Shown here: piece by piece, positions 25,705 to 41,196 of the stretch
Numbering within the stretch: the first letter of the stretch is position 1
Layout: every line of letters begins with the position of its first letter
DNA from: Amphiscolops sp. MND2022
Lineage: Eukaryota
NCBI GenBank assembly: GCA_964187785.1
Contig: OZ076409.1
Coordinates: 71,426,001 to 71,490,000, forward strand
Direction: 5' to 3'
Length of the DNA stretch: 64,000 bases
Notes under the pieces: generated by a model
What the model saw: the letters and a program-made list of their open reading frames with translations, nothing else
What the model was told of the DNA's origin: nothing
Database searches by the model: none
Program-made: the position numbers and the translations under genes

Positions 25705-27693
25705 CTAGGTGGGCGGGGGTAATTCCCCAACAAAAATTACGGCCGGCGGGTTGGGTCCTGCCGGACGTTCAAATAGCGCGAAGCATCTAGTAGAAAACAA
25801 GGAGTCCCGAAACAGCGATTTTAAAATTGAACCGTTAGAATTTGGTTTTAGATTGCATGCGGCCCTAAAATCCCCATACGAATGGAAGTTCCTGCTGGCG
25901 TTAAGCGATTGAAATAATATATAAAAAGTTATGGCCCATTTTTGGGTCACCGAGAAGGTCAAAATGAAGAAAATTTTAACTAAGTTGCTGATAACTCAAA
26001 ATGTGTTAATTTTTGGACTTTGACTGTGAAACAAGCTTGGAACCTTCATTTCTTGGCTGTGGCATTGCACTGAACACAAAAGATGTAAAGTTTTCACATT
26101 TTTTGAAAATTCGACATTTTTGAATTTTTTTTCACTACTATCAGTACACTATATGTCAAAAACACCTCTGAAAAATTTTTTTATTTGCTTAAATTTAGAA
26201 ACCTCGGTATCCATGGTTTCCGTCAGTACCTACTCGCTCCCAAACACTCAACAGTTTGCATCCAATGTGAAAATAAAATTTTTTTCGAGGTCTTAGGTGT
26301 TTCACAAGGATTTCTCAACTTAGTATCAATTTACAAATTGGTCATTTTGAACACATTATTTTCATCGAAGCGTGTCATATACCGCCCTAATGCTCACGAA
26401 CGGGCCTACTGGCAACGTTGGAACAATTTATCGTAATAGAAAGTTAAAAAAATTTTTTCACCCGGTCTTCAGTCATTTTTCACACATTCGGAACTTAACT
26501 TAGAAAAATTTCAACCGAAAAACCCATTTTTTGTCAGGTCGAAAATTCAAAGTCAGCTTTTTAAGCAAAATTATCAACTCTGACGTAACCAGTGGGGCCC
26601 ATGATACTCAAAACAACGATTGGGGTTGGTACCAATGGCTCCAATAACATATGAGTCGCGATAAAGCGTTATTTTGAGCAATATGTCTCAATTGAGGTAA
26701 AGATCTCGCAAGCCAGCGATCACTGTGAAATGTGATTTCATCAAAAATTTACTCTTTTTTGTCAATCACTATGTGCACAGAATGCGTAGGGTGCGTTTCA
26801 GCACTATAATGAGGTTTTTGAAGGCATCGAGTTGCTCAAGGGGTGGTATGAGACATTTTTGTCCCATATACTACTGTAGTTTCCAAAATTTTTACCCCAA
26901 TATCTGGAAATACAAACTTGACAAAATACTTTCAAGTACTTTATTCAAAGGTTACAATATAGATGAACACTGTGGTTGATAAGAAACTTTCATCTCTTTC
27001 GTTTTCGGAAATATTTCCGTTCGCATGTGTTACATTCATAGCAGAAAAAAAAATCGAAACTGAAAAATACGCTATTTTGCTGATATAGAATCGCAATGAT
27101 TGTGCCTGAAAACTCTTTAAACACTTCTAACGCAACCTTACGCACCCAAAATGATCGAAAATGCTATTCACAATGGTGACATGTGCTCTTTCTACGATCC
27201 TGGCTGGACAAGGTTTGCATATTTTTCAAGTACCTGTCAGCTAAATCTTGTGATAGCCTTTTCAGTTGGCCTTGTGTCAACTTGGGAAGGCTATCACATC
27301 AAAAAACCATCAACAAAAATAATTTTTGTTTATTGGATCTTACAGTCGATACTTTTTTTTGGGATTCTATACTACCGTTAGTATATTTCATCAGGTCACA
27401 TTACGATTGCATTCAGTCTTTGATAAAAACCTATGAACTCAAAGTCACATTTATATATTTTTTTTGCCAGAAAATAACATCAAAAATATCTAAAATATAT
27501 AAAATAGAGTCTTTAACATTTTTACGTTTCAAGTTTTTGCCGTTATTAGGCCAATCAACGTCCTAGAGCCACATCCTGCCACATACTGTACAACGCCACA
27601 TAGTGTTGCGACGTGCACAGTCTGTGGGCATGCCGAGGCATGCCCTTCGACGACGTATGCCGAATACCGCGGGCCTACGCCCGCGCTCCCCGG
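25705..27693 (+). mobile_element. Cassette U10 (1989 bp, 2.0-kb class)
   Basis: Junction-bounded; type A hairpin ~27249-27298; core hairpin at 27626. Confidence 0.6.
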
Positions 27694-29688
27694 CTAGGTG
27701 GGCGGGGGTAATTCCCCTTCAAAAAATTCGGCCGGCGGGTTGGGTCCTGCCGGACGTCAAATAGTGTGAAACATCCAGTAGGAAACGGCGACATAAATCA
27801 GCGATTTTGAAATTTAACCGTTAGAATTCGGACTTGGAGTGCATGCGGCCCCAAAATGCCCATACGAATCGAAGTTCCTGCTGACGTTAAGCGATTAAAA
27901 CACTTTATAAAAAGTTATGGCCCATTTTACGTTCACTTAGAGAGGTAAAATGAGGAAAAATTTTACAAAGTCGCTGATAACTCAAAATACAATAATTTTT
28001 GGACTTTGACTGTGAAACAAGCTTAGAACCTTCATTTCGTGGCTGTGGCATTGCACTGAACACAAAAGATGTAGAGTTTTTACATTTTTTGAAAATTCGA
28101 CATTTTTGATTTTTTTTTCATCACTATCAATACACTATATGTCAAAAACACCTCTGAAAAAAATTATTATTTGCTTAAAATTGGAAACCTTGGTATCCAT
28201 GGTTTCTGTCGGAACCTACTCGCTGCCAAACACCTAACAGTTTGCATCCAATGTGAAATTAAAATTTTTTTCGAGGACTTAGGTGTTTCACAAGGATTTC
28301 TCAACTTAGTTTCAATTTACAAATTGGTCATATTGAACACAATATTTTCATCGAAGCTTGTCAGATACCGCCCTAATGCTCACTAATGGTCCTACTCGCA
28401 ACGTTGGAACCGTTTATAGTAATAGAAAGTTTAAAAAAAATTTTTTCACTCGGTCTTCAGTCATTTTTCAGTCATTCGGAACTTAACTTAGAAAATTTTC
28501 GACCAAAATACCCATTTTTTGTCAGGTCGAAAAATCAAATTCAGATTTTTAAGCAAAATTATTTACTCTGACGTAACTAGTGGGCCCCATGATACTCAAA
28601 AACACGATTGGGACCGGTACCAATGGCTCCAATTTCATATGAGCCGCGATAAGACGTTATTTTGAGCAACACGTCTCAATAGAGGTAAACATCTCGCAAG
28701 CCTGGGGTCACAGTGAAAAGTAATTTCATCAAGAATTTACTCATTTTTGTCAATCACTATGTGCACAGAGTGCGTAGGGTGCGTTTCAGCACTTTAATGA
28801 GGTTTTTGAAGGCATCGGTCTGCTCAAGGGGTGGTATGAGACATTTTTTTCCTGTATACTACTGTATTTTCCAAAACTTTTAGCCAATTATCTGGAAAAA
28901 CTAACTTTACAAAATACTTTCAATTACTTTATTCAACGGTTACAATATAGATGAACCCTGTGGTTGATCAGAAACTCTCAACTATTTTGTTTTCCGGAAA
29001 AAATCACTTCGCATCTGTTACATTTGTAGCATGAAAAAAGCAGAATCTAAAAAATACGCAATTTTGTTAAGATAGAATCGCGTTGATTGTGCCTAAAAAG
29101 TTAATAAACACGTCTGACGCCACCATACAGACCCAAAATGATTGAAAATGTCAATCAGAATGCTGACATGTGTTTTATCTACGATCATGGTTGGACAATT
29201 TTTTCATTATTTTCAAGTACCTGTTAACTGAATCTTGTGATAGCCTTTTAAGTTGGCCTTGTGTCAACTTTGGAAGGCTATCACATCAAAAAATTATCAA
29301 CAAAAATGCTTTTTGTTTATACAATGTTGTTTTCGATAAACATTTTTGCGATTCTACGCTACCGTTAGTACCTTCCATGAGGTCAGCTAACGATAGCATG
29401 CAGTCTCTGATAAAAAATTATGAATTCAATTACATTTTTCTAAAATTTTTCTTAGAGAAAAGTACAAATAAATAAAAACAAAATAAAATTCTAATCTCAA
29501 ACAACTATAAATTGTTTGTTTTTCACCGTTTCTGCCGTTATTAGGCCAATCAACTTCCTACAGCCACGCTCTCTGTCATACTGTACAACGCCACATAGTG
29601 TTGCGACGTGCACGGTCTGTGGGCATGCCGAGGCATGCCCTTCGACGACGTATGCCGAATACCGCGGGCCTACGCCCGCGCTCCCCGG
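27694..29688 (+). mobile_element. Cassette U11 (1995 bp, 2.0-kb class)
   Basis: Head shared with U3; type A hairpin ~29236-29285; core hairpin at 29621. Confidence 0.6.
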
Positions 29689-32600
29689 CTAGGTGGGCGG
29701 GGGTAATTCCCCAACAAAAAAATCGGCCGGCGGGTCGGGTCCTGCCGGCCGTCCAAAATCAAAATCCTCCTAGTAGAAAACGGCATGTCAAACGAGCTAT
29801 TTTTTTATTTAACCATACGAATTTCACCATTTTTTGCATGCGGTCCTGAAATGGCCATACGAGACGAAGTTCCTGCTGACGTTTTGCGATGTAAATGTTT
29901 TATAAAAAGTTATGGCCGATTTGTCATTCACCTAGAAGGGTAAAATGAGGAAAATTTTAACAAAGTCGCTGATATCTCAAAATGTGTTAATTTTTGGACT
30001 TTGACAGTGAAACAAGCTTGGAACTGTCATTTCGTGGCTGTGGCATTGCACTGAACACAAAAGATGTAAAGTTTTCACATTTTTTGATAATTCGACATTT
30101 TTGATTTTTTTTTCACTACTATCAGTACACTATATGTCAAAAACGCCTCTGAAAAAAATTTTTATTTGCTTAAAATTAGAAACCTTGGTATCCATGGTTT
30201 CCGTCAGTACCTACTCGCTGCCAAACGCTCAACAGTTTGCATCCAATGTGAAAATATAATTTTTTTCGAGGTCATAGGTGTTTCACAAGGATTTCTCAAC
30301 TTAGTATCTATTTACAAATTGGTCATTTTGAACCCATTATTTTCATCGAAGCGTGTCAGATACTACCCTAATGCTCACGAATGGGCCTACTGGCAACGTT
30401 GGAACCATTTTTAGTAATAGAAAGTATTAAAAAAATATTTTCACCCGGTCTTCAGTCATTTTTCAGACATTCGGTACTTAACTTAGAAAAATTTCGCATC
30501 AAAAACCCATATTTGGTAGGGTCGAAATTTGAAATTCAGTTTTTTATGCAAAATTATTAACTCTGACGTAACCAATGGAGCCCATGATACTCAAAAACAC
30601 GATTGGGACTGGTATCAGTGGCTCCAATAACATATGAGCCGCGATAAGACGTTATTCAGAGCAAACGCTCTAAATCGAAGTAAACATCTCTGAAGCCTGG
30701 GATCACAGTGAAATGTGATATCACCAAAAGTTTACTCTTTTTTGTCAATCACTATGTACACAGAGTGCGTAGGGTGAGTTTCAGGACTATAATGAGGTTT
30801 TTGAAGTAATCGCGCTGCTCAAGGGGTGGTATGAGACTATTTTTTCCCATATACTACTACATTTCCATAAATTTGCAGTCCATTGTCTTGGAAAGATAAC
30901 TTCACAAAAACAATTTTTCTACTCTATTCAGTTATTAGAATAAAGTTGAACACTGTGGGTGATCAGAAATGCTCAATTCTTTTGGTTTTTAAAAAAATTC
31001 CTTCGCATTCGTTACATTTGTGGAAGGAAGGTTATCAGTAGCTCCAAAAAAAAACGAAATTTAGCACGAACAGACATGCAACGATGCAAAGCAAAAACGT
31101 TTTTACAACTTCCGACGTCATTATTTTACCCAAGAAGTTCGAAAATATCATTCGCAATGCTGTCATTCGCTATATATACGATCGCGGTCAATTTACAAAC
31201 ATTTAGATTTCATTGTTCTGCTTGAAAACCAATTTTTGTCAGGTCGAAATTTTAAATTTTACCTGGGGAGCAATACCCTTCACGCTGAAGTAAACAGTGG
31301 GGCCCAAGTTACTCAAAAACAAGAAAGAGACTGCTACAATATGTCCTAATAACATATGGACCACGATAGTACGTTTTTCACACAAAAAACTCTCATCCGA
31401 AGTAAATATGTTGAAAGCTTTTAATCACCGTGAGAAGTGATTTCATCAAAAAATAACTCTTTTTTGTCAATCACTATTTACACAGAATTTGTAAAGTTAG
31501 TTTGAGTCATGAAATGAGGCTTTACCGTAATATGGGTTGCTCAAGGTGTTATATAAGACAAAAACTTCCTCTTTTCTACTAGCTTCTTCAAATATTTCAA
31601 CCCTTTGTCACAATAAGTTAATATTCAAAATCTCTTTGAAATGTATCTTTATGTTGGGGTGAAGTCTAAGAACAATAACTATGATCGAAGAATGCTAGTA
31701 CTGGTGTTTGAACCATGTCCGGATGAACAAATCACAAAATCATCAAAAAATTGTTCCCTTTTTTGGTTATTTTGGCAGTACTAAAAATGTTAGCCGATAA
31801 ATAATTTTTTCGATGGCACCATTGGATTCCTCTCAAAAAGTTGGTTATATGACCTGTGTAATAACCCCGTATCTTTTCAATTTAAATATATTTAAAAAGC
31901 CAACTATTTTGACCAAAATCCTAAAAATCATACCATTTCCTAAAAATTTTCAAATGCACCCCATTTGACGTATAAGATAAGCACAGAAAACTATCATATA
32001 CCGATCAACTCTACTCCTATTGTAGATTATTAGAATTTTGTTTAGAATGAATTTTGATGAATAATAAAAAAATTTTGAACCCTCCAAAAATGGGCCAAAA
32101 TTACACGAAAAAATTGACCTTAAAATACCAAAATGTCAAAAAATCATCAAAACCCAGGCTTCTTGGGGTTCTATCAACTCCGCGTGGTCCACAGAGTATG
32201 CTAAAACAGGTTTTACCCGTTTTTGAGCAATATGTGAAAAAGCCGACATTTTTGGGAAAGAAAAACATACCATTTCCTAAAAAAATTCAAATGCACGTCA
32301 TTTGCCGTATTAGAATAGCACAGAAAACTATCACATACCTATCAACTCTACTTTCATTGCAGATGAACAGAATTTTGTTTAGAATAAATTTTACCGGATA
32401 ATAAAAAAATTTGAATCCTTCAAAAATGGGCCAAAAATGCACGAAAAAATGGACCTTAAAAATTTAAAATGTCAAAAAATCATCAAAACAACAGCTTCTT
32501 GGGGTTCTATCAACTCCACGAGGTCCACAGAGTATGCTAAAACAGGTTTTACCCGTTTTTGAGCAATATGTGAAAAAGCCGACATTTTTGGGAAAGAAAA

Positions 32601-34450
32601 ACATACCATTTCCTAAAAAAATTCAAATGCACGCCATTTGCCGTATGAAAATAGCACAGAAAACTATCACATACCAATCAACTCTACTTTCATTGCAGAT
32701 GAACAGAATTTTGTTTAGAATAAACTTTACCGGATAATACAAAAATTTGATTCCTTCTAAAATGGGCCAAAATTACACGAAAAAATGGACCTTAAAATTT
32801 TAAAATGTCAAAAAATCATCAAAACCACGGCTTCTTGGGGTTCTATCAACTCCACGTGGTCCACAGAGTATGCTTAACCCGGTTTTACCCATCTTTGAGC
32901 AAAATGTGAAAATACCGACATTTTTGGAAAAGAAAAACATGCCATTTTCTAATAAATTTCAAATGCACGCCATTTGCTGTATGAGAATAACACAGAAAGC
33001 TGTCACATACCGATCAACTCTACTTCCATTGTAGATTATCAGAAGTTTGTTCAGAATAAATTTTGAAGGATAATAAAAAAATTTGAATCCATCAAAAATT
33101 GGCCAAAATTACACGAAAAAATTGACCTTAAAATATCAAAATGTCAAAAAATCATCAAAACCACAATTTCTTGGCGTTCTATCAACTCCATATGATACCA
33201 AACCAAGTACTGCCAATCGTTTGAGTTATAATAAAAAAACGTCTTTTTTGGCAAGAATTCCATACCATAAATAATAATCATGTTCCATATAAGAAGCGAA
33301 TCATTTCAGATATATACCCTGTTCATTTTTTTAATATTACCGATTATTAATTTAATAGATGTTTTGAATGTGAGCTTCCTAAAAGGTTCAGGTGTGATGA
33401 TACGTAAATAGAACCTTAGTTTCATCGAAATCTCAATTGAATATGTCCAATCTTAACCATCAGATAACAAGAAACACTTAAGTACATTCCATCTCCCCAT
33501 CGGGGGAGATGAGAATGTACTTTCGAGAAGCCAAATACGTCCAACATTCAAACTTTTGTAACTTTGTATGTAACTCCTGAAACGAAGAAGGAATAAAATT
33601 GTTTCTGGTACATACATGAGTCTTTACTTCAGCTTCTATTTCTGCTGAACAAAACCATTCGACTCTTTTGCCGGAGTTAAGATCGATTGTATTACCCAGT
33701 GAACAAAGGCATGACTGAAAACGTTTACTACTTTGTTCATAATTTTCCGGCCTTCCGAAATGATGAAACGTCCACATAACTAAGATAGCAAGTGAATGAC
33801 TGCGAAATGCACCTTATTAGATGAGGTAAATAACGTGTAAAACTCTCCTTTATCCTAACATGAGGTTGAGTAATGATCATTTGAGAATAGTTTGATATGT
33901 GAATACAATAGTATAAAACAAGTACATTTTATATGAATAACGCCGTGGAAAGCGTTCAGAAAGGACAGTAGGCTTGTTTGGAACATGTATGTGTGGTGTC
34001 CCTTGGTGGCGTTCGCTTAGTGTATATGTCGAGGGGTATTCGAGTTGTTATGATAGAATTTACACACAAGTCTTTTGTTTTTTGGTTTTTTTAAAATGTC
34101 GTTAAGTACCTGCATTCTATCCCCTTCTCAGAGATGACGTGAACTTACGTTTGCTAAATAAATGTCATCGAAAGATCACACTCCCGACGAAATTAACTAT
34201 CTTAACACGTGTTTAGAATTTTAAATAAACAACCGTATAAGATTTTTATATTTCATTGAGTTTGATGAAGTCTTTTGTTCTTCTCACTACTATTTCAACC
34301 AATACACATATCCGTTACCATATCACATGTCTCCATTAGTACAACGCCACATAGCGTTCCGACGCCCACAGTCTGTGGGCATGCCGAGGCATGCCCTTCG
34401 ACGACGTATGGCAAATGGAGCCATGCCCGCCGTCTTTACGGCGGTAGCGG
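29689..34450 (+). mobile_element. Cassette U12 (4762 bp, 4.76-kb class)
   Basis: Near-identical to U1 apart from part of the head; type B hairpin 33480-33522; core hairpin at 34377. Confidence 0.6.
31898..33268 (+). repeat. ~336-bp tandem repeat, about 4 copies, inside U12
   Basis: Copy of the U1 tandem. Confidence 0.85.
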
Positions 34451-36429
34451 CTAGGTGGGCGGGGATTTCACCCCAAAAAAAACTAGAGCGGCGGGTAGGG
34501 TCCTGCCGCGAACTCCCAAAACAGCTAACGCTTATAAGAAAAAGCACACCCTCAACAGCCGATTTTAAAATCTAACCGTACGATTCTTCTCATTTTTTGC
34601 ATGCGGCCCTAATTTGCCCATACGAGACGAAGTTCCTGCTGACGTTAAGCCCTAAAAACATTATAAAAAAAGTTATGGCCAATTTTTGGTCCCCATTAGA
34701 TGTAAAAATGATGAAATTTTTCATAAAAGGGCAAATATCTCAAAATGCAATAATTTTTGGACATTGACTGTGAAACAAGCTTGGAACCTTCATTTCGTGG
34801 CTGTGGCATTGCACTGAACACAAAAGATGTAAAGTTTTTACATTTTTTGAAAATTTGACATTTTTGAAATTTTTTTCACTACTATCAGTACCATATATGT
34901 CAAAAACACCTCAGAAAAAAATTTTTATTTGCTTTAACTTGGAAACCTTGGTATCCATGGTTTCTGTCGGAACCTACTCGCAGCCAAACACCCAACAGTT
35001 TGCATCCAATGTGAAAATAAAAATTTTTTCTGGGTCATAAGCGTTTCACAAGGATTTCTCAACTTAGTATTAATTTACAAAATGGTCATTTTGAACACAA
35101 GATTTTCATCGAGGCTTGTCGGCTATAGCCTTAATGTTCTAGAACGGTCCCACTGGCAACGTAGGAACCATTTATAGTAATAGAAAATTTTAAAAAAATA
35201 TTTTCACCCGGTCTTCAGTCATTTTTCAGTCATTCGGAACTTAACTTAGAAAAATTTCGTCTCAAAAACCCATTTTTCGTCAGGTCGAAATTTGAAATTC
35301 AGCTTTTGAAGCACAAATATGCACTCTGACGTAACCAGTGGGGCCAATGATACTCAACAACACCATTGAGACTGGTATCAGTGGCTCCAATAACATATGA
35401 GCCGCGATAAGACGTTATTTTTAACAAAACTGTTCATATGAAGTAAACATCTCGGAACCCTTGAATCACAGTGAATGTTGATTCGAACAAAAATTTATTC
35501 TTTTTTGTCAATCACTATGTACACAGAATGCGTACGGTGAGTTTCAGCACTACTATGAGGATTTTGAAGGAATCGGGTTGCTCAAGGCGTGGTATGAGAC
35601 ACTTTTGTCTCATATACTACTGCTTTTTTGAATAACTTTTCGCCCAATATCTCACAAAGCAAACCTAAAAAATACTTTCCGATACTTATATTCACTTCTT
35701 AGAATATGATTGAACATTGTGGTTGATCAGAAACTCTCAACTCTTATGTTTTTCAATAAATATTCCTTCGCATGTGTCCCATTTGTAGCATTAAAAAAAG
35801 CAGAAGCTAAAAAATACGCTTTTTTGCTAAGATAGAATTACAAGTATTGTAACCAATATATCTTTAAACACTTCTAACGCCACCTTACGGACCCAAGATG
35901 ATTGAAAATACTGTTCACAAGGATCACATGTGCTCTTTCTGCGATCTAGGCTGCTCATTTTTTGCTTAGTTCACATGTAGCTGTTAACTGTATCTTGTGA
36001 TAGCCTTTTAAGTTGGCCTTGTGTCAACTTGTGAAGGCTATCACATCAAAAAACTATAAACAAAAGTAGGTTTTGTTTACAGGGTATAGCTTTCGATAGT
36101 TATTTTCGTGATTCTGTCCAACGTTGGTACCTTCCATGATGTCAGCTAATGATAGCATTCAGTCTTCGATAAAAACCTATGAACTCCAAGCACATTTAGA
36201 TATTTTTTGCTATAAAAAGTCATCAAAAAGATCGAAATTATTTAATATAGAGTCTTTAACGTTTTTATTTTTCGTTTTACTACTGTTGTTAGGCCCATGA
36301 ACATCTTACAGCCACGCTGTCTGTCATTAGTACAACGCCACATAGTGTTGCGACGTCCACCGTCCGTGGGCATGCCGAGGCATGCCCTTCGACGACGTAT
36401 GCCAAATATACGCATTAGCGCGGTAGCAG
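34451..36429 (+). mobile_element. Cassette U13 (1979 bp, 2.0-kb class)
   Basis: Divergent head; type A hairpin ~35996-36045; core hairpin at 36368. Confidence 0.6.
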
Positions 36430-39400
36430 CTAGGTGGGGGGGATATATCTCCACTTTTTTTGCGACCGCGGGTAGGGTCCTGTCGGGAGCTTCTATTTAC
36501 CAAGCTTACGGCGCTATATACTAGAGAAAATTTTTCCGGCACCGAACTTTTTTTTGAACCATAGGATTTGTACCATTTTTTGCATGCAGCCCTAATTTGG
36601 GCATACAAGACGAAGTTCCTGCTGACGTTAAGCGATGGTTTCATTGTGTGACGAGATATAGCCACTTTTTGGTGCGATTTTTGAGGTATTTTTGCGAAAC
36701 TTTTTACAAACAGCTCGAATGCAAAAAACTGAAAAACTTGTGACAATCGACCTATCACTGGTTTAAACCTTCGATTCTTTGCCCTAGCAATGCACTAGAC
36801 CCAAAAGATCTAAAACTTTTACATTTTCCAAAAATTTGACCAAATTGACTCGGGTTTCACTACTATATGTAACCAATGTGACAAAAACACCTCAGAAAAA
36901 AATTTTTATTTGCTTAAATTTAGAAACCTTGGTATCCATGGTTTCTGTCGGAACCTACTCGCAGCCAAACACTCAACAGTTTGCATCCAATGTGAATTTA
37001 AATTTTTTTCGAGGTCATAGGTGTTTCACAAGGATTTCACAACTTAGTTTCAATTTACAAATTGGTCATATTTAACATCATATTTCCATCGAGGCATGTC
37101 GGATAGAGTCTTATTGCTCACGAACTGTCCTACTGGCAACGTATTAACCATTTATAGTAATACAAAGTTATAAAAAAATTTTTTCACCCGTTCTTCAGTC
37201 ATTTTTCAGACATTCGGAACTTATCTTAGAAAAATTTCGTCTCAAAAACCCATTTTTCCTCTGGTCGAAAATAGAAATTCACCTTTTTATGCAAAATTAT
37301 TAACTCTGACGTAACCAGTGGGGCCCATGATACGCAAAAACACGATTGGGACTGGTATCAGTGGCTTCAATAACATATGATCCGCGATAAGACGTTATAC
37401 AGAGCAAAACCTCTAAATCGAAGTAAACATCTCGCAAGCCTGGGATCACAGTGAAATGTGATTTCATCAAAAATTTTCCCATTTTCGCCAATTACTATGT
37501 GCACAGAGTGCATAGGGTGAGTTTCAGCACTATAATGAGGTTTTTGAAGGATTCGGGTTGCTCAAGGGGTGGTATGAGACATTTTTATCGCATATACTAC
37601 TGTATTTTCCAAAACTTTTAGCCCATTATGTGGAAAAAATAACTTGACAATATACTTTCAGTTACTTTATTCAAAGCTTTGAATACATATGAACACTGTG
37701 GTTGATCTGAAACTATAAACTATTTTGTTTTTAGAATAAAACTGCCTTGCATGTGTTACATTAGTGTTAGGAAAAATACCAGTAGCTCCAAAATTCACAA
37801 ATTTGGACGGACAGACTTGCAATGATGCAAAGCAAAAACGTTTCAACAACTTCTGACGCCACTTCTTTTACCCAAGAGGTTCGAAAACACCAATAACAAT
37901 GCTGACATTTGATATAAATAAGATCGAGGTCTATTTACTAACACTTAGGTTTTAAATTTTTTTGTGAGAAACCCATTTTTATCAGGTCGCAATTTTAAAT
38001 TTAGTTTGGGAAGCAATACTTTTCACTCTGAAGCAAACCATTGGGCCCAAATTACTCAAAAACAACAAAAAGACTGTCACCATATGCTCTAGTGACATAT
38101 GAGATGCGACAGTATGTTTTTAACACAAAAACTCTCATCCGAAGTAAACATGTTGAAAGCCGTGAATCACCGTGAGAAGTGATTTTATCAAAAAATATTT
38201 CTTTTTCGTCAATCACTATATACACAGAACCCGTTGTGTTAGTTTCAGTCGTGAAATGAGGTTCTACCGTAATATGGGTTGCTCAAGGTGTTGTATAAGA
38301 CAAAAACTTCCTCTTTTCTACTAACTTCTTCAAATATTTCAACCCTTTGTCACATGAAGTTAATATTCAAAATATAATTGAAATGTTTCTTTATGATGGG
38401 GTGAAGAGTTAGAACTATAAATACGATAGTAGAATGCTAGTATTGGTGTTTGGACCATGTCCGGATGAACAAATCGCAAAATCATGAAATAGTTGTTTCC
38501 TTTTTTGGTTATTTTGGCAGTACTAATAATGTTAGCTGGTAAATAATTTTTTCGATGGCACCATTGGATTCCACTCAAAAAGTTGGTTATATGACATGTG
38601 TAATAACCCCGTATCTTTTCAATTTAATATTATTTAAAAAGCCAACTTTTTTGACAAAATCCTAAAAATCATACCATTTCCTAAAAAATTTCAAATGCAC
38701 CCCATTTAACGTATAAGAGTAGCACAGAAAACTATCATATACCTATCAACTCTACTCCCATTGTAGATTATTAGAATTATGTTTAGAAGGAATTTTAATG
38801 GATATTAAAAAAATTTTGAACTCTCCAAAAGTGTGCCAAATTTACACGAAAAAATTGACCTTAAAATTTTAAAATGTCAAAAAATCATCAAAACCACAGC
38901 TTCTTGGGGTTCTATCAACTCCACGTGGTCCACAGAGTACGCTAAAACAGGTTTCATTCGTTTTTGAGCAATATGTGAAAAAGCCGACATTTTTGGGAAA
39001 GAAAAACATACCATTTACTAAAAAATTTTGAATGCACGCCATTTGCTGTATGAGAGTAGCACAGAAAACTACCACATATCGATCAACTCTACTTCCATTG
39101 TAGATGAATAGAATTTAGTTCAGAATAGGTTTTGATGGATATCAAAAAAATTTAAATCCTCCAAAACAGGGAAAAAATTACACGAAAAATATGACCTAAA
39201 AATTTTAAAATGTAAAAAAATCATCAAAACCACGGCTTCTTGGGATTCTATCGACTCCACGTGGTCCACAGAGTATGCTAAAATAGGTTTTACCCGTTTT
39301 TGAGCAATATATGAAAAAGCCGACATTTTTGGGAAAGAAAAACATACCATTTCCTAAAAAATTTCAAATGCACGCCATTTGCTCTATGAGAATAGCACAG

Positions 39401-41196
39401 AAAGCAATCACATACCGATCAACTTTACTTCTATTGAAAGTATCAAAAAGTTGCTTAGAAAGAATTTTGATGGATATGAAAAAATTTTGAACCCTCCAAA
39501 AATGGGCCAAAATGACACGAAAAAATTGACCTTAAAATTTTAAAATGTCAAAAAATCATCCAAACCACAGCTTCTTGGGGTTCTATCAACTCCACGTGGT
39601 CCACAGAGTATGCTAAAACAGGTTTTACCCGTTTTTGAGCAATATATGAAAAAGCCGACATTTTTGGGAAAGAAAAAGATACCATTTCCTAAAAAATTTC
39701 AAATGTACGCCATTTGCCGTATGAGAATAGCACAGAAAACTATCACATACTGATCAACTTTACTTCTATTGTAGATTATCAGAATGTTGTTTAGAATGAA
39801 TTTTGTTGGATATGAAAAATATTTAAACCCTCCAAAAATGGGCAAAAATGACACGAAAATAGTGACCTTAAAAATATAAATCATCAAAAAATCATCCAAA
39901 CCACAGCGTCTTGATGTTTTATCAAATCCATATGACCTTCAGAGTATACCAAACCAGGTATTGGCAATCTTTTGAGCAATATTAAAACCACAGATTTTTT
40001 AGCAATAACACCATAATGTTTTCCGTATAAAAAGTGAATCATTCCACATATATACCCGGTCTAATATTTTTAAATTAGCGATAATATTTATACTTGATGT
40101 TTTTTGAATGTCAGCTTCATAAGAGGTTGAGATGTGATAATACATAAATAGACCCTAAGTTTTATCGAAATCTCAATGGAATACGTCCAATCAACTTTAA
40201 TCTTAACCATTAAATAACAAGAAAAACTTGAGTACATTCTATCTCCCCATCGGGGAGATGAGAATGTACTTTTCAAAAGCCAAAAACTTCGAATTTTGAT
40301 TCTTTTGTAACATTGTATGTAACTGCTGAAACGATGAATGAATAAAAATGCTTTTAGTACCTTCATGAACTTTTGCTTCAGCTTCTATTTCTGCAGAACA
40401 AAACCAAAAGACACATTTGCCGCAGTTAAGTTCGATTGTAATACCCAGTGAACAAAGGTTTGACTGAGGAAGTTCACAATTTTTTTCAAAACTTTCCCGC
40501 CTTCCAAAATCATGAAACTCCACACAACCAAGATAGCAAGTGAATGAATGCTGATTCTACCTTATTGGATGAGATAAATAACGTATAGAACTTGCCTTTG
40601 TCTCAAGATGACGTTGACTTATGATCTTTTAAGGATAAATCGATACGTGACGACAATAGTGGAAAACTAATTTCTAAATTAATAACACCGTGGAAAGCGT
40701 TCAGAAAGAACAGAATGTTTGTTTCGAGCATGCATGCGTGTGTTCCTTTGGTGACGTTAGCTTAGTGTACATGACGGAGGTATTTGAGATATCATGAGAG
40801 AATTTACTCACCAGTCTTTAATGTTCCTAATTTTCAATGCCGTTAGGTACTTTCGTTAAGTACATCCCTCCCCTTCTGTGGGAATGTACGTTTGCCAAAT
40901 GACTGTCATCCAAATTTTGCAATCCCGTCGAGTTTAACTACAGAATTATGTGATTAGCGTTTTCAAATCACAACCGAATAATATTTTTATTTTTTTAGGT
41001 TGATATAGTTTTGGTTTTGGTGTCTTCTACGCTTATCATCCATCATACTAAACACCTTACCATGTTTCTCCTCTGTCGTCATTTGTACAACGCCACTTAC
41101 TGTTACCAACGCCCACGGTCTGTGGGCATGCCGAGGCATGCCCTTCGACGACGTATGCCAACTACTTTTTATATCTACACCCAATTGCGGTAGCGG
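36430..41196 (+). mobile_element. Cassette U14 (4767 bp, 4.76-kb class)
   Basis: Divergent head; body related to U5; type B hairpin ~40231-40270; core hairpin at 41124. Confidence 0.6.
38640..40010 (+). repeat. ~336-bp tandem repeat, about 4 copies, inside U14
   Basis: Same repeat unit as in U1/U5. Confidence 0.85.
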